DNA from: Terriglobia bacterium
GTDB lineage: Bacteria; Acidobacteriota; Terriglobia; UBA7540
Reading direction: 5' to 3'
DNA length: 64,000 nt
Assembly: GCA_050745265.1 (NCBI GenBank)
Contig: JBOGKE010000078.1
Span: 36,841-100,840, forward strand
Shown one piece after another: positions 55,683 through 64,000 of this stretch. The notes beneath the pieces were generated by a model. That model made no database searches. It saw nothing but the letters and a program-made list of their open reading frames with translations, and had not been told where the DNA came from. Positions within the stretch are counted from its first letter, which is position 1, and each line of letters starts with the position of its first letter. The position numbers were made by a program, and so were the translations under genes.

Positions 55683-56510
55683 ATGGCAGCTTCGATTTGG
55701 AAGGGTTTTCTGAGCTTCGGTCTCGTCACAATTCCTCTCCGCTTGCACGCCGCGGCGCGAAGCGAGCGGGTTGAGTTGCACCAGATCCACAAGGTCTGCC
55801 GCACACGATTGCGGCGGCCCTTATTCTGCCCCACCTGCAATCGCATGGTGGAGCAGTCCGAAGCCGCCAAAGGCTACGAGTACGAAAAGGGGCAGTCTCT
55901 CATCATCGAGGACAAGGAAATGTAGAAGCTCCTTCCCGAGACCGGCGGGAACATGGAGATCCGCGAGTTCGTCCCGCTGAGCGAGATCGATCCCATCTAC
56001 TACGATGCCTCATACGTTGCGGTTCCCGAGAAGGCGGGGCAGAAGGCCTATCAGCTCCTCGTTCAGACGATCCAGGAGACTGGGCAGATCGCGCTCGCCA
56101 AGGTGGTGATGCACCGGAGGGAATATCTCATTGCCATTCGGGCGCGTGACCAAGGGCTTACTCTTCACACGTTGTTTTTTGCCAGCGAAATCCGGCAGGT
56201 TTCCGAGTACGGTCACTTCGAAACCCAAGTGAGCCCGGAGGAAGTGAAGCTCGCCAAGGAACTCGTCGCCAGCCTCTCAACCCACTTTAAGCCGGAAAAG
56301 TACCACGACGAATACCAAGCCAAACTCAAACAGCTCCTCGCCGCAAAATCCAAGGGGAAAGAAATTCCGATCGCGCGCGAGCCGAAGCTCGCTCCCGTAA
56401 TCGATATGATGGACGCGCTCAAGAGAAGCTTACCGCGAGCCGCCGCCAAGAAGGCAGCGCGGCGTCCAGCGCGCCCCGCCCCCCGCAAAACCCAGCGGAG
56501 AGCGAGCTGA
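55683..56510 (+). pseudogene. ku: Ku (NHEJ DNA-end binding) interrupted by one in-frame TAG (55923-25)
   Basis: IWKGFLSFGLVTIP, KGYEYEKG, IDPIYYD..Y, YHDEYQ, VIDMMDALKRSL; the two track ORFs are in frame across the stop. Confidence 0.9.
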
Positions 56511-56703
56511 CCCTTCAACCCTAGTGGCCAGGCTAGCGCTCTTGCCCAATTTGACTTGCCGCCTCATCGAGACTCTTGGGATTAGAGCGTGTTTTCAATA
56601 AGATGTTAGCTTTCTAATTTTCCCCGCTCTCTTTCGCCAGCCCTTGCTGAATCCAAACTGAAGGATCGTGCGATTCTTCCCTGGATAATCCGACCAACGC
56701 AGC

Positions 56704-56880
56704 GTATCGGGGCACGACTTTAGTCGTGCCGTTTGCGGGCCATTGATCGTTTCGGCTTTAGCCGCTGAGGTCCTCTCCAGAAGCTTCAGACCGGAGCGGC
56801 GAAAAGGCCCGGAGGGTCGGAACAAAGTAGCCCCGGGCGTAAGCCCGGGGTTAACGACAGCGCCCACGTTTTCTTGCGTG
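56704..56880. repeat. GGCACGAC REP arm followed by the CCCGGG-hairpin element
   Basis: GTATCGGGGCACGACTTTAGTCGTGCCG, CGGCTTTAGCCG, CTC|TCCAGAA junction, GTAGCCCCGGGCGTAAGCCCGGGG. Confidence 0.8.
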
Positions 56881-56949
56881 GCGAGGCTCTCCACACGTTT
56901 GGCGCGCGGTGGTATATTGACTAGGCGTTTACGCTGAAGGGAGCCTCGG

Positions 56950-58284
56950 ATGGACAGAAGAGAATGGAGTCAGCTTGCGGTGGCGGGAGCCGCGGGCGCA
57001 GTCTTACCGGGCGAGCGGCTGGCAGCGGCGGAGCAGCAAGCGGCGCGCGCGGTGCGCGGGCTGCCGTCGCCCGTGATCAAAGACATCCAGGTGATCGCGA
57101 CGCAGCCGGCGGGCGCGCGGCTGGTGGTGGTCAAAATCCTCACCGATCAGGATGGTCTCTACGGATACGGCTGCGCCACGTTCACGCAGCGCGCCGATCT
57201 GGTAATCCCCGCGGTCGAGAAGTATCTCAAGCCGCTGCTCGTCGGGGCGCCGGCGGATCGCATCGAGGACACGTGGCAGGCCTGCTACAACAGCTCGTAC
57301 TGGCGGAACGGGGGCGTGCTCAACAACGCGATCAGCGGCGTGGACCAGGCGCTGTGGGATATCAAGGGCCGGCAGGCGAACATGCCTGTCTACCAGTTGC
57401 TTGGCGGTAAGGCGCGGGAAGCGGCGGAAACCTACGCCACGGTGGGCGCGATCGAACCCGCCGAAGCGGTGGATCGCGTTCGGGCCGCGATGGAGAACGG
57501 GTTTCGCTGCGTCAAAGTCATGACGGGCGTACCCGGCATGGCTTCCTACGGTCCGCGCGGCGGCACGCCGGTGAAAGGCTTGCACGCGGGGCGCGTCTGG
57601 GAGCCGGCGCCGTACATGCGCCTCGCGCGCAAGATGCTTGAGGCGTGCCGCGAGCGGCTCGGCGAAGAAATCGATCTCATCCACGACGTGCACGAACGCG
57701 TGAGCCCGCGCCAGGCGGTTCAGTTTGCAAAGGAACTCGAGCCGATCCGGTTGTTCTATCTCGAAGACGTGCTCCCGCCCGAGCGCATCGACTATTTCCG
57801 GCAAATCCGGCAGCAGTGCGCCACCTCGCTCGCCATGGGCGAGCTCTTCAATAATCCGCACCAATGGCAGCCACTGATTTCAGGCGGGCTCATCGACTAC
57901 ATCCGCATTCACCTGTCGCAAGCTGGCGGCCTCACGCCGGCGCGAAAGGTCGCGATTCTGGCTGAGCAGTTCGGCGTGAAAACGGCATGGCATGGCCCAG
58001 GCGACGTCTCGCCCGTGGGCCACACGGCGCAACTGCACCTGGATCTGGCCAGCACCAACTTCGGCATCCAGGAGGGCGGCATCATCCGCGGCCTGGAAGC
58101 GGAAATTTTCACCGGCTGCGCGACTTACAAAGATGGTTACCTCTGGGCGAGCGACGCGCCGGGATGGGGCATCGAGGTGAACGAGCAGCTCGCAGCGAAG
58201 TATCCGTTCCGCGATGGACCCGATCATCTGAACGGCGGCTGGGGCGAGGTCCGGCGCGACGACGGGACGATCATCAAACAATGA
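56950..58284 (+). CDS. Enolase-superfamily dehydratase (RspA/ManD-like) with Tat-like leader
   Basis: ISGVDQALWDIKGR, HDVHER, YLED, MGE, WHGPGD; N-terminal DRREW + hydrophobic stretch. Confidence 0.9.
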   Translation: MDRREWSQLAVAGAAGAVLPGERLAAAEQQAARAVRGLPSPVIKDIQVIATQPAGARLVVVKILTDQDGLYGYGCATFTQRADLVIPAVEKYLKPLLVGAPADRIEDTWQACYNSSYWRNGGVLNNAISGVDQALWDIKGRQANMPVYQLLGGKAREAAETYATVGAIEPAEAVDRVRAAMENGFRCVKVMTGVPGMASYGPRGGTPVKGLHAGRVWEPAPYMRLARKMLEACRERLGEEIDLIHDVHERVSPRQAVQFAKELEPIRLFYLEDVLPPERIDYFRQIRQQCATSLAMGELFNNPHQWQPLISGGLIDYIRIHLSQAGGLTPARKVAILAEQFGVKTAWHGPGDVSPVGHTAQLHLDLASTNFGIQEGGIIRGLEAEIFTGCATYKDGYLWASDAPGWGIEVNEQLAAKYPFRDGPDHLNGGWGEVRRDDGTIIKQ

Positions 58285-58415
58285 AACCGCGCCCCAGCAC
58301 GATTCCATCTAGTTATAGGGCAACGATCAGGGCGATTCTCACCGATTCCCAGTTTTGGGTGCCCGTGATCGTGCTGGTGGTCGGGCTGGTCGTGCTGGTG
58401 TACGTCAGCCGCTAG
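58281..58415 (+). CDS. Small single-TM protein (44 aa)
   Basis: MKPRPSTIPSSYRATIRAILTDSQFWVPVIVLVVGLVVLVYVSR; ATGA overlap with the upstream stop. Confidence 0.65.
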   Translation: MKPRPSTIPSSYRATIRAILTDSQFWVPVIVLVVGLVVLVYVSR

Positions 58416-58445
58416 GACGCCGCTGAACGGGTCCTCTGTTACGGC

Positions 58446-58518
58446 GTAGCGGCGACTTTACGTCGCCATTAAGTCCGTTGTTCTCCGCGCCCGGATGGCG
58501 GCGTGAAGCCGCCTCTAC
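58446..58518. repeat. GTAG REP doublet
   Basis: GTAGCGGCGACTTTACGTCGCC...GGCGGCGTGAAGCCGCCTCTAC, ending 4 nt before the xseA ATG. Confidence 0.8.
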
Positions 58519-58522
58519 AGCG

Positions 58523-59887
58523 ATGAGCCAAGCCACATTCAGTTTTGAAATACCTCGCCGCGTTTACACCGTTTCCGCGCTGACGCAGGAGATCCGCGGC
58601 CTGCTCGAGATCAAGTTCCTTGACGTTTGGGTCAGCGGAGAAGTGTCCAACTGTCGGTCCGCGGCCTCGGGGCATATCTATTTCACGCTCAAGGACGACG
58701 CGGCGCAGGTCCGCGTGGTTTGCTTCCGCAACCAGGCGCGGTATCTCAAATTCAAGCCGCAGGACGGGGTCTCGCTGATCGCGCGCGGCCGGCTGAGTGT
58801 CTATGAAGCGCGCGGCGAGTATCAGCTCCTGGCGGAGTATCTGGAACCGGCGGGCGTCGGCGCGCTGCAACTCGCGTTCGACCAGCTCAAGCAGAAACTC
58901 GCGGCTGAAGGGCTTTTTTCAGCCGAGCGCAAGAAGCCTCTGCCCATGTTGCCGCGAACGGTGGGCGTGGTGACCTCGCCGTCGGGGGCCGTCATCCGCG
59001 ACATCGTGCGCGTGCTTTGCCGGCGGTTTCCCAACGTGAACGTTCTCCTCTACCCCGCGCGGGTTCAGGGCGAGGGCGCGGCGGCCGAGATCGCGCGCGG
59101 CGTGCGCTACATGAACCAGCACCAGCTTGTGGACGCGTTGATTGTAGCCCGCGGCGGCGGATCGATCGAGGACCTCTGGCCGTTCAACGAAGAAGTTGTG
59201 GCGCGGGCGATCGCAGCGTCGTCGATTCCGGTGATTTCGGCGGTAGGCCACGAGACGGACTTCACCATCTCGGATTTCGTTGCCGATCTCCGCGCGCCCA
59301 CCCCTTCCGCCGCAGCGGAGCTCGTGATCCACTGCAAGGAAGATTTCGAGGCCGACGTGCGCAATCGCCAGCGCCGCATGAATCAGATCGTGCGGTTAAA
59401 GCTCTCGGAGCTTCATCGCGGCCTGGCGGCGCTGTCGCTGCATTGGGTGTTTCAGGCGATGTCCACGCGACTCGCGCAACGGGCGCAGCGGCTAGACGAT
59501 CTCTCGGACCGCCTCACCCGCGCCGCGCTCGGACGAATCAGCGCGGAGCGGGCGCGCGCGCACAAAGTATCCTCCGGCATCGTCCGGGTGGACCTTCGCC
59601 GAGTCATCGAGGTGAAGCGTGGCCGGCTCGAGCAGAAGGAGGACGCGCTTGGCGCGTGCGTGGCGCGGCGATTGACGGAGCATCGGCGGCGATGGGCGCA
59701 CGCTCACGTGCTCCTCGAAGAGCGAAGCCCGCAGGCTATTCTGAAACGGGGTTACGCGGTTGCAAGGGATGCCGCCGGCAGGGTGATTCGGAGCGCTGCG
59801 GCTGCGCCCGCCGGCAGCGAGATTTCGGTGCAGTTGGCCGAGGGGCGCCTCGACGCAACCGTGCGCGGCAGCGAACCTCCGCAGTGA
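58523..59887 (+). CDS. xseA: Exodeoxyribonuclease VII large subunit
   Basis: VWVSGEVSN, SGHIYFTLKD, RGGGSIEDL, SAVGHETD, RAPTPSAAAE. Confidence 0.97.
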   Translation: MSQATFSFEIPRRVYTVSALTQEIRGLLEIKFLDVWVSGEVSNCRSAASGHIYFTLKDDAAQVRVVCFRNQARYLKFKPQDGVSLIARGRLSVYEARGEYQLLAEYLEPAGVGALQLAFDQLKQKLAAEGLFSAERKKPLPMLPRTVGVVTSPSGAVIRDIVRVLCRRFPNVNVLLYPARVQGEGAAAEIARGVRYMNQHQLVDALIVARGGGSIEDLWPFNEEVVARAIAASSIPVISAVGHETDFTISDFVADLRAPTPSAAAELVIHCKEDFEADVRNRQRRMNQIVRLKLSELHRGLAALSLHWVFQAMSTRLAQRAQRLDDLSDRLTRAALGRISAERARAHKVSSGIVRVDLRRVIEVKRGRLEQKEDALGACVARRLTEHRRRWAHAHVLLEERSPQAILKRGYAVARDAAGRVIRSAAAAPAGSEISVQLAEGRLDATVRGSEPPQ

Positions 59888-59947
59888 GAGTGTCGCAATC
59901 CGATGACCTGTGTTGCGGCCGCTGCAGACACCGTGTATCAGCGCGGT

Positions 59948-61441
59948 CTATTTTCCCACGCAGAACGTCGAAAAGATAACGCCCAGAACATCATCGACGC
60001 TTGTGGCGCCGGTGAGCTCGTCGAGCGCGTGCAGCGCTTCGTACAAGTCGAGCAGCAGCATTTCGTGCGGTGTATTGCCGGATGCAGCTTCGCGCGCGCC
60101 GGCGAGCGATCGCAGGCACTGCTCGATCGACTTCTGATGGCGCAAGTTGGTGATGAAATCTCCTTCGGGATCGAGACTTCGCGCTGGCGCGGCTTCCGCG
60201 AGAATCTTCGATTTGAGCTGAGCGATTCCTGCTCCTGTCAGCGCGGAAGTCCAAGCGACGGCGACCCCGGGATCGGTGCCCGAGTTGCCGCTGCCATTTT
60301 CCGCCGCCGCATTCGGGCAGCCGAACCCGCGCGATGCAGCCTCGGCGGACGCGCTCGCCAGCACGGGCTCAGCGTTTGCCACCAACGCGCGTAGGCTCTC
60401 GCGGCTGAGGCGCGCGGGAAGATCGCACTTGTTGCAGGCGATCACCAGCGGCCCACATGGGCGTATCTTCGCAATGAGGCTTCGGTCGTCGTCGCTCAAA
60501 TCCGCCGAAGCATCGAGCACGAGCAGCCGCAAATCCGAGTCGGCGACGGCGCGAAGCGATCGCTCGATTCCAGCCTTCTCCACAACGTCAACGCTTTCTC
60601 GAATTCCCGCAGTGTCCGCCAGCCGGAAGGGAACTCCGTCGAGACTCGCGGTTTCGCTCACCACATCGCGGGTGGTTCCAGATATTTCGGTGACGATGGC
60701 TCGCTCTTCGTTCAAGAGCCGGTTGAAGAGGCTCGACTTGCCGACATTCGGCCGCCCGATGATCGCGAGGCTCAGCCCCTCGCGCACGATTCGGCCGTAG
60801 GCGTAGCCTTCCGAGAGCTTCGCCAAGCGCGTTTGGACCCCGCCCAGCGCGCCAAGAATTTTCTCCCGGCCCGCCACCGCGACGTCATCCTCTGCGAAAT
60901 CGATTCCGGCCTCGAGCTCGGCGATCAATGCGAGCAACGTTTCCTTGCAAGGCTTCACCCGCGCGGAAACGGAGCCCTCCATTTGCCGGGCCGCCGCGCG
61001 CGCCTGGAACAGTGTGCGCGCGTCGATCAGGTCGCGGATCGCTTCGGCCTGCGTGAGATCGATGCGACCATTGAGAAAGGCGCGCTCGGTGAATTCTCCC
61101 GGCTCGGCGGGGCGCGCGCCCTTGGCGACGCAGCACTCCACGACATACCGCAGAATCACCGGCGCGCCGTGGCACGAAATCTCGACCACATCCTCGCCGG
61201 TGTAGGAATGCGGCGCGGGAAAGCACGTGACAAGCACCTGATCGAGCAGGCGGCCCGTCTCGGGATCCTTGAATTGCGCGAGTGTGGCCGCGCGGGCTGC
61301 GGGGCGGGCGTTTTCCGGAAAAGCGAAGAGGGCGCGCAGGATTTCGAAGGAGAGGCCGCCAGCGAGGCGCACGACCCCGATTCCGCCCCGGCCCGGCGGC
61401 GTGGCAATGGCGGCAATGGTGTCGTCGGATGATTGAGTCAT
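59948..61441 (-). CDS. mnmE: tRNA modification GTPase MnmE
   Basis: IAAIATPPGRGGIGVVR, GEFTERAFLNGR, GRPNVGKSS, DTAGIR, NKCD, FCVGK. Confidence 0.98.
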   Translation of the reverse strand: MTQSSDDTIAAIATPPGRGGIGVVRLAGGLSFEILRALFAFPENARPAARAATLAQFKDPETGRLLDQVLVTCFPAPHSYTGEDVVEISCHGAPVILRYVVECCVAKGARPAEPGEFTERAFLNGRIDLTQAEAIRDLIDARTLFQARAAARQMEGSVSARVKPCKETLLALIAELEAGIDFAEDDVAVAGREKILGALGGVQTRLAKLSEGYAYGRIVREGLSLAIIGRPNVGKSSLFNRLLNEERAIVTEISGTTRDVVSETASLDGVPFRLADTAGIRESVDVVEKAGIERSLRAVADSDLRLLVLDASADLSDDDRSLIAKIRPCGPLVIACNKCDLPARLSRESLRALVANAEPVLASASAEAASRGFGCPNAAAENGSGNSGTDPGVAVAWTSALTGAGIAQLKSKILAEAAPARSLDPEGDFITNLRHQKSIEQCLRSLAGAREAASGNTPHEMLLLDLYEALHALDELTGATSVDDVLGVIFSTFCVGK

Positions 61442-61483
61442 CGGATCATTGAGTCATTGAATCAATGAAACAATGGCTCAACG

Positions 61484-61993
61484 TTATTTCACCGGATAGA
61501 TGATCACCTTGCGCTGCGGGCCCGCCCCTTCGCTCTCGGTTCGGACGGAGGGCGCCTCCCGAAGCGCCAGGTGAACGAGGCGCCGCTCGGCGGAGTTCAT
61601 GGGGCTCAGCGCGAAGGGCTGGCGGTCCTCTCGCACGCGCTCGGCCGCCATTTCGGCCATCAGCTTCAGTTCGGTCGCGCGCGCGCCGCGATAGCCTTCG
61701 CAGTCGAAAGAAACTCGCCGCGCCGGGTTCTCGTCCAGGCGCGCGGCCTTCAACGCGATGGACGCGAAGGCGTCGAGCAGCGCCGCGTGGCTCTCGAGAA
61801 CAAGGTCCGCATCGGCGCCGGTGAGGTTCACGATCCACTGGGGCGCGTCGGGGTCCGGCGCCGCGGGAGCCGCCGTGATGCTGACCCGCAGATCAAACCG
61901 GCCGGCGCGAAAGATCGACATCAGAACCTCTTCCACGCGAACGAGATAATCGGGTTTGGCGGGCGCCGGTTGGACGGCTTGCGTTTCAGTCAT
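61484..61993 (-). CDS. jag: Jag/KhpB-like KH + R3H protein (short form)
   Basis: FDCEGYR, MNSAERRLVHLAL, SEGAGPQRKV. Confidence 0.88.
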   Translation of the reverse strand: MTETQAVQPAPAKPDYLVRVEEVLMSIFRAGRFDLRVSITAAPAAPDPDAPQWIVNLTGADADLVLESHAALLDAFASIALKAARLDENPARRVSFDCEGYRGARATELKLMAEMAAERVREDRQPFALSPMNSAERRLVHLALREAPSVRTESEGAGPQRKVIIYPVK

Positions 61994-61996
61994 ACC

Positions 61997-63718
61997 TTAA
62001 CCTTTCACTGCGGCGGGTTTCCGTTGCCGCGGGGGTTGAGACTTCTCGACGGCGGTCGGCGGCAGCTGCGCCGGCGCCTTCTGCGGCGGCGCCATGCGGT
62101 TGATCAGCACCTGCTGAGCCACCGCGACGAGGCAATACACAAAATAGTAAAGAGTGAGTCCGGCCGCCTCCATGAAAAAGATGAAGCCGACCGCCAGGGG
62201 CGCGACCATCATCATGCGCTGCTGCGCCGGATCGACGGTCGGCATCGGAGTCATTTTCTGCATAATGAACGACAGCACAATCGCGAGGCCGGGCAAAATG
62301 TAAAGCGGGTCGGGCACGGACAGGTCTTTGATCCACCAGATCCAGGGCGCATGCCGCATCGCGATGCTCGTTTCGAGCACCTCGTAGAAGGCGTAGATGA
62401 TCGGAAGCTGCGGAAGCATGGTGAGGCACCCGCTCATCGGGTTCACTCCGTGCTCCTGATACACCTTCATCACTTCCTGGTTCATGCGCTGCTTGCGCGG
62501 GTCGTTGAACTTGTACTGTTTGTACCGGTCCTGGATCTCTTTAACGACGGGCGCGACCTTCTGCATCGCTTGGCTCGAGCGGATACTCTTCAACTTCAGC
62601 GGGAAAAAGACCAGGTTGATGAGCACCGTCAGGATCACGATGGTCCATCCCCAATTGTGCACGCCGTGGTCATTCACCCAGCGCATGGCAAGGAACAGCG
62701 GCTTGGCAATAATGGTGAACCAGCCGAAATTCACCAGCTTCTCAAGCTCCGGACTCTCGGTGCGCAGGACATCAAGCTCTTTCGGAGCGATAAAAATCTT
62801 GAACGCGAGCGGCTCGGGCTGCGAGGCGCCGAGCACCGCCTCCAGAGACTCTTCGGGTTCGCGGACCTTCGCGCCCACCGGCGTCACCGATTGCCGCTCG
62901 ACGTCGAACGCGGATTCGGGCGACTCGGGGACAAAAACCCCGGCGAAGAAGTTATCTTCGAGGCCCGCGAAAGCCAAGGGGCCAGGAAACGAATCGCGCT
63001 CGCCAACTTTTTTGTCCTTGACGGTTTTAATCCCGCTGCCGTTGTCGTAAAACGCTTTGGCTTCCTTCTTTCGCATGTTCGCGGCGAGCGACTGATCGCC
63101 GATTCCGCCCGGCCAGACCACCGAAACCGGAAGGTCGTGCGTGCCGTCGAAGACGCTCACCTTCGCCTTCACTTCGTAGCCGGATTCGAAGGTGAATTGC
63201 TTCGTAACCTCGGTCTTGCCGTCGCTGTAAGTGAACGTGATCCCGCCCGGGGCGGAAATGTTGCCGGCGTTCGGAGTCGCAACGTAAATCGCCGAGTTCA
63301 ACTTTGCGGCGAGGGCCGCGTCTGGAAGCGTCACGCTCAGGGGATAGCCGAAGGCACGGCAGGCATCGGCATTGATCACGTCGAGCGGCTTGTTGTTGGC
63401 GTCGGGGTACTGTTTCAGAATCCATTGCTTCACCAACGCGCCTTGCGTCGAAAACACGATGCGGTAGACGCTGTTCTCAACCGTGATTTCGCTGGCCGCG
63501 GCGCCGTGCTCGACGGGAAGCGCGATCTGCTTCGGCGGGGCGGCGACGGACGCGCTCTTCGGAGTCGAAACAGCCGCTCGATGAGCGGCGGCGGCCGGAG
63601 CTTCGGCGTGCCGGGTGGCGGGAGGCGGAGGCGGTGCGAAGAAGGCGCGCCACAGCATCAGCAAGCCAAGCGTCAGCACGATGGCGATGAGCATCCGCTT
63701 TTCCATGTCCGATCCCAT
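61997..63718 (-). CDS. yidC: Membrane protein insertase YidC
   Basis: NWGWTIVILT, PLKLKS, NPMSGCL, DLSVPDPLYILP, LTLYY; ATG 63718 or 63706. Confidence 0.97.
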   Translation of the reverse strand: MGSDMEKRMLIAIVLTLGLLMLWRAFFAPPPPPATRHAEAPAAAAHRAAVSTPKSASVAAPPKQIALPVEHGAAASEITVENSVYRIVFSTQGALVKQWILKQYPDANNKPLDVINADACRAFGYPLSVTLPDAALAAKLNSAIYVATPNAGNISAPGGITFTYSDGKTEVTKQFTFESGYEVKAKVSVFDGTHDLPVSVVWPGGIGDQSLAANMRKKEAKAFYDNGSGIKTVKDKKVGERDSFPGPLAFAGLEDNFFAGVFVPESPESAFDVERQSVTPVGAKVREPEESLEAVLGASQPEPLAFKIFIAPKELDVLRTESPELEKLVNFGWFTIIAKPLFLAMRWVNDHGVHNWGWTIVILTVLINLVFFPLKLKSIRSSQAMQKVAPVVKEIQDRYKQYKFNDPRKQRMNQEVMKVYQEHGVNPMSGCLTMLPQLPIIYAFYEVLETSIAMRHAPWIWWIKDLSVPDPLYILPGLAIVLSFIMQKMTPMPTVDPAQQRMMMVAPLAVGFIFFMEAAGLTLYYFVYCLVAVAQQVLINRMAPPQKAPAQLPPTAVEKSQPPRQRKPAAVKG

Positions 63719-63846
63719 ATTACGAGTGATGACGGGGTGAATTACGGTTCCTGATTTCGGCCGCTCCGGCTGGGCAACCAACCCGCTCGCGGGCGCCACC
63801 CGCACCGAGTCAACCGCTAATCACAAATCGCAGATGGCGCAATTGC

Positions 63847-64000
63847 TCAACGTTTTCCTGGCACGGGATCATAGCCGCCTTTGCCGAATGGGTGGCAGCG
63901 TGCGACTCGCCGCCACGCAAGCCAGAGGCCGCGCTCGAAGCCCCAGGTCTCGACCGCCTCATACGCATAGGCCGAACACGTCGGATAAAAACGGCAGGAA
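63847..64000 (-). CDS. yidD: Membrane protein insertion efficiency factor YidD (3' part, cut by window edge)
   Basis: [16 protein letters not shown]...[17 protein letters not shown]; not in ORF track. Confidence 0.95.
   Translation of the reverse strand, partial: SCRFYPTCSAYAYEAVETWGFERGLWLAWRRVARCHPFGKGGYDPVPGKR

Noticed and set aside
25478-55925. Genome-wide TAG reassignment
   Set aside because: TAG is the evident true stop of many intact genes (amtB, kdpC, kdpF, recG, SIR2, DUF296); only context-specific read-through remains possible
58281-58415. Translocated intimin receptor (a label I recall on similar peptides)
   Set aside because: A 44-aa TM peptide with no resemblance to Tir and no T3SS context
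58523-59887. xseA without adjacent xseB, and short Jag lacking its N-domain
   Set aside because: Both arrangements are common in bacteria; not informative
1-64000. CRISPR array, rRNA, tRNA, tmRNA/RNase P, known riboswitches
   Set aside because: The repeats are palindromic and dispersed, not regularly spaced with unique spacers; no RNA-gene signature recognised by eye
1-64000. Transposase, RAYT, integrase or prophage genes
   Set aside because: No DDE, HUH/Y1, DEDD or tyrosine/serine recombinase motifs seen; the elements are non-autonomous here

Overview
GC-rich bacterial chromosomal segment, probably Acidobacteriota (inferred from gene families and repeats). It lies near the replication origin, with yidD-yidC-jag-mnmE at the right end. 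Housekeeping and nutrient modules: folP, pgsA-like, amtB-glnB/K-glnD, recG, xseA, and a rearranged kdpFABC/kdpD/kdpE locus. Accessory content: a GIDE-domain + LemA pair; a two-gene SIR2 + nSTAND1-TM-14xWD40 operon with its own sigma70 promoter (candidate NAD-depleting immune system); a heptaheme cytochrome c; a PEP-CTERM protein; an orphan group-1h-type NiFe hydrogenase small subunit; and a ~17 kb general-stress-like island. That island holds one PAS kinase, two NarL-type regulators, CsbD, DUF1328, DUF892, PfpI and Ku. It also holds microproteins missing from the ORF track: a 33-aa classical zinc finger, a probable second divergent finger, and a 45-aa Lys-rich peptide. Two otherwise intact genes (Kdp kinase, ku) carry single in-frame TAG codons. 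Intergenic DNA is packed with several REP/REPIN-like families. A TIR-bounded MITE has inserted four times into REP hairpin loops (4-bp TSDs) and itself carries TIR-less inserts flanked by CTC. No rRNA, tRNA, CRISPR array, transposase or integrase was recognised. All family assignments are from motif recognition by eye, with no database searches.
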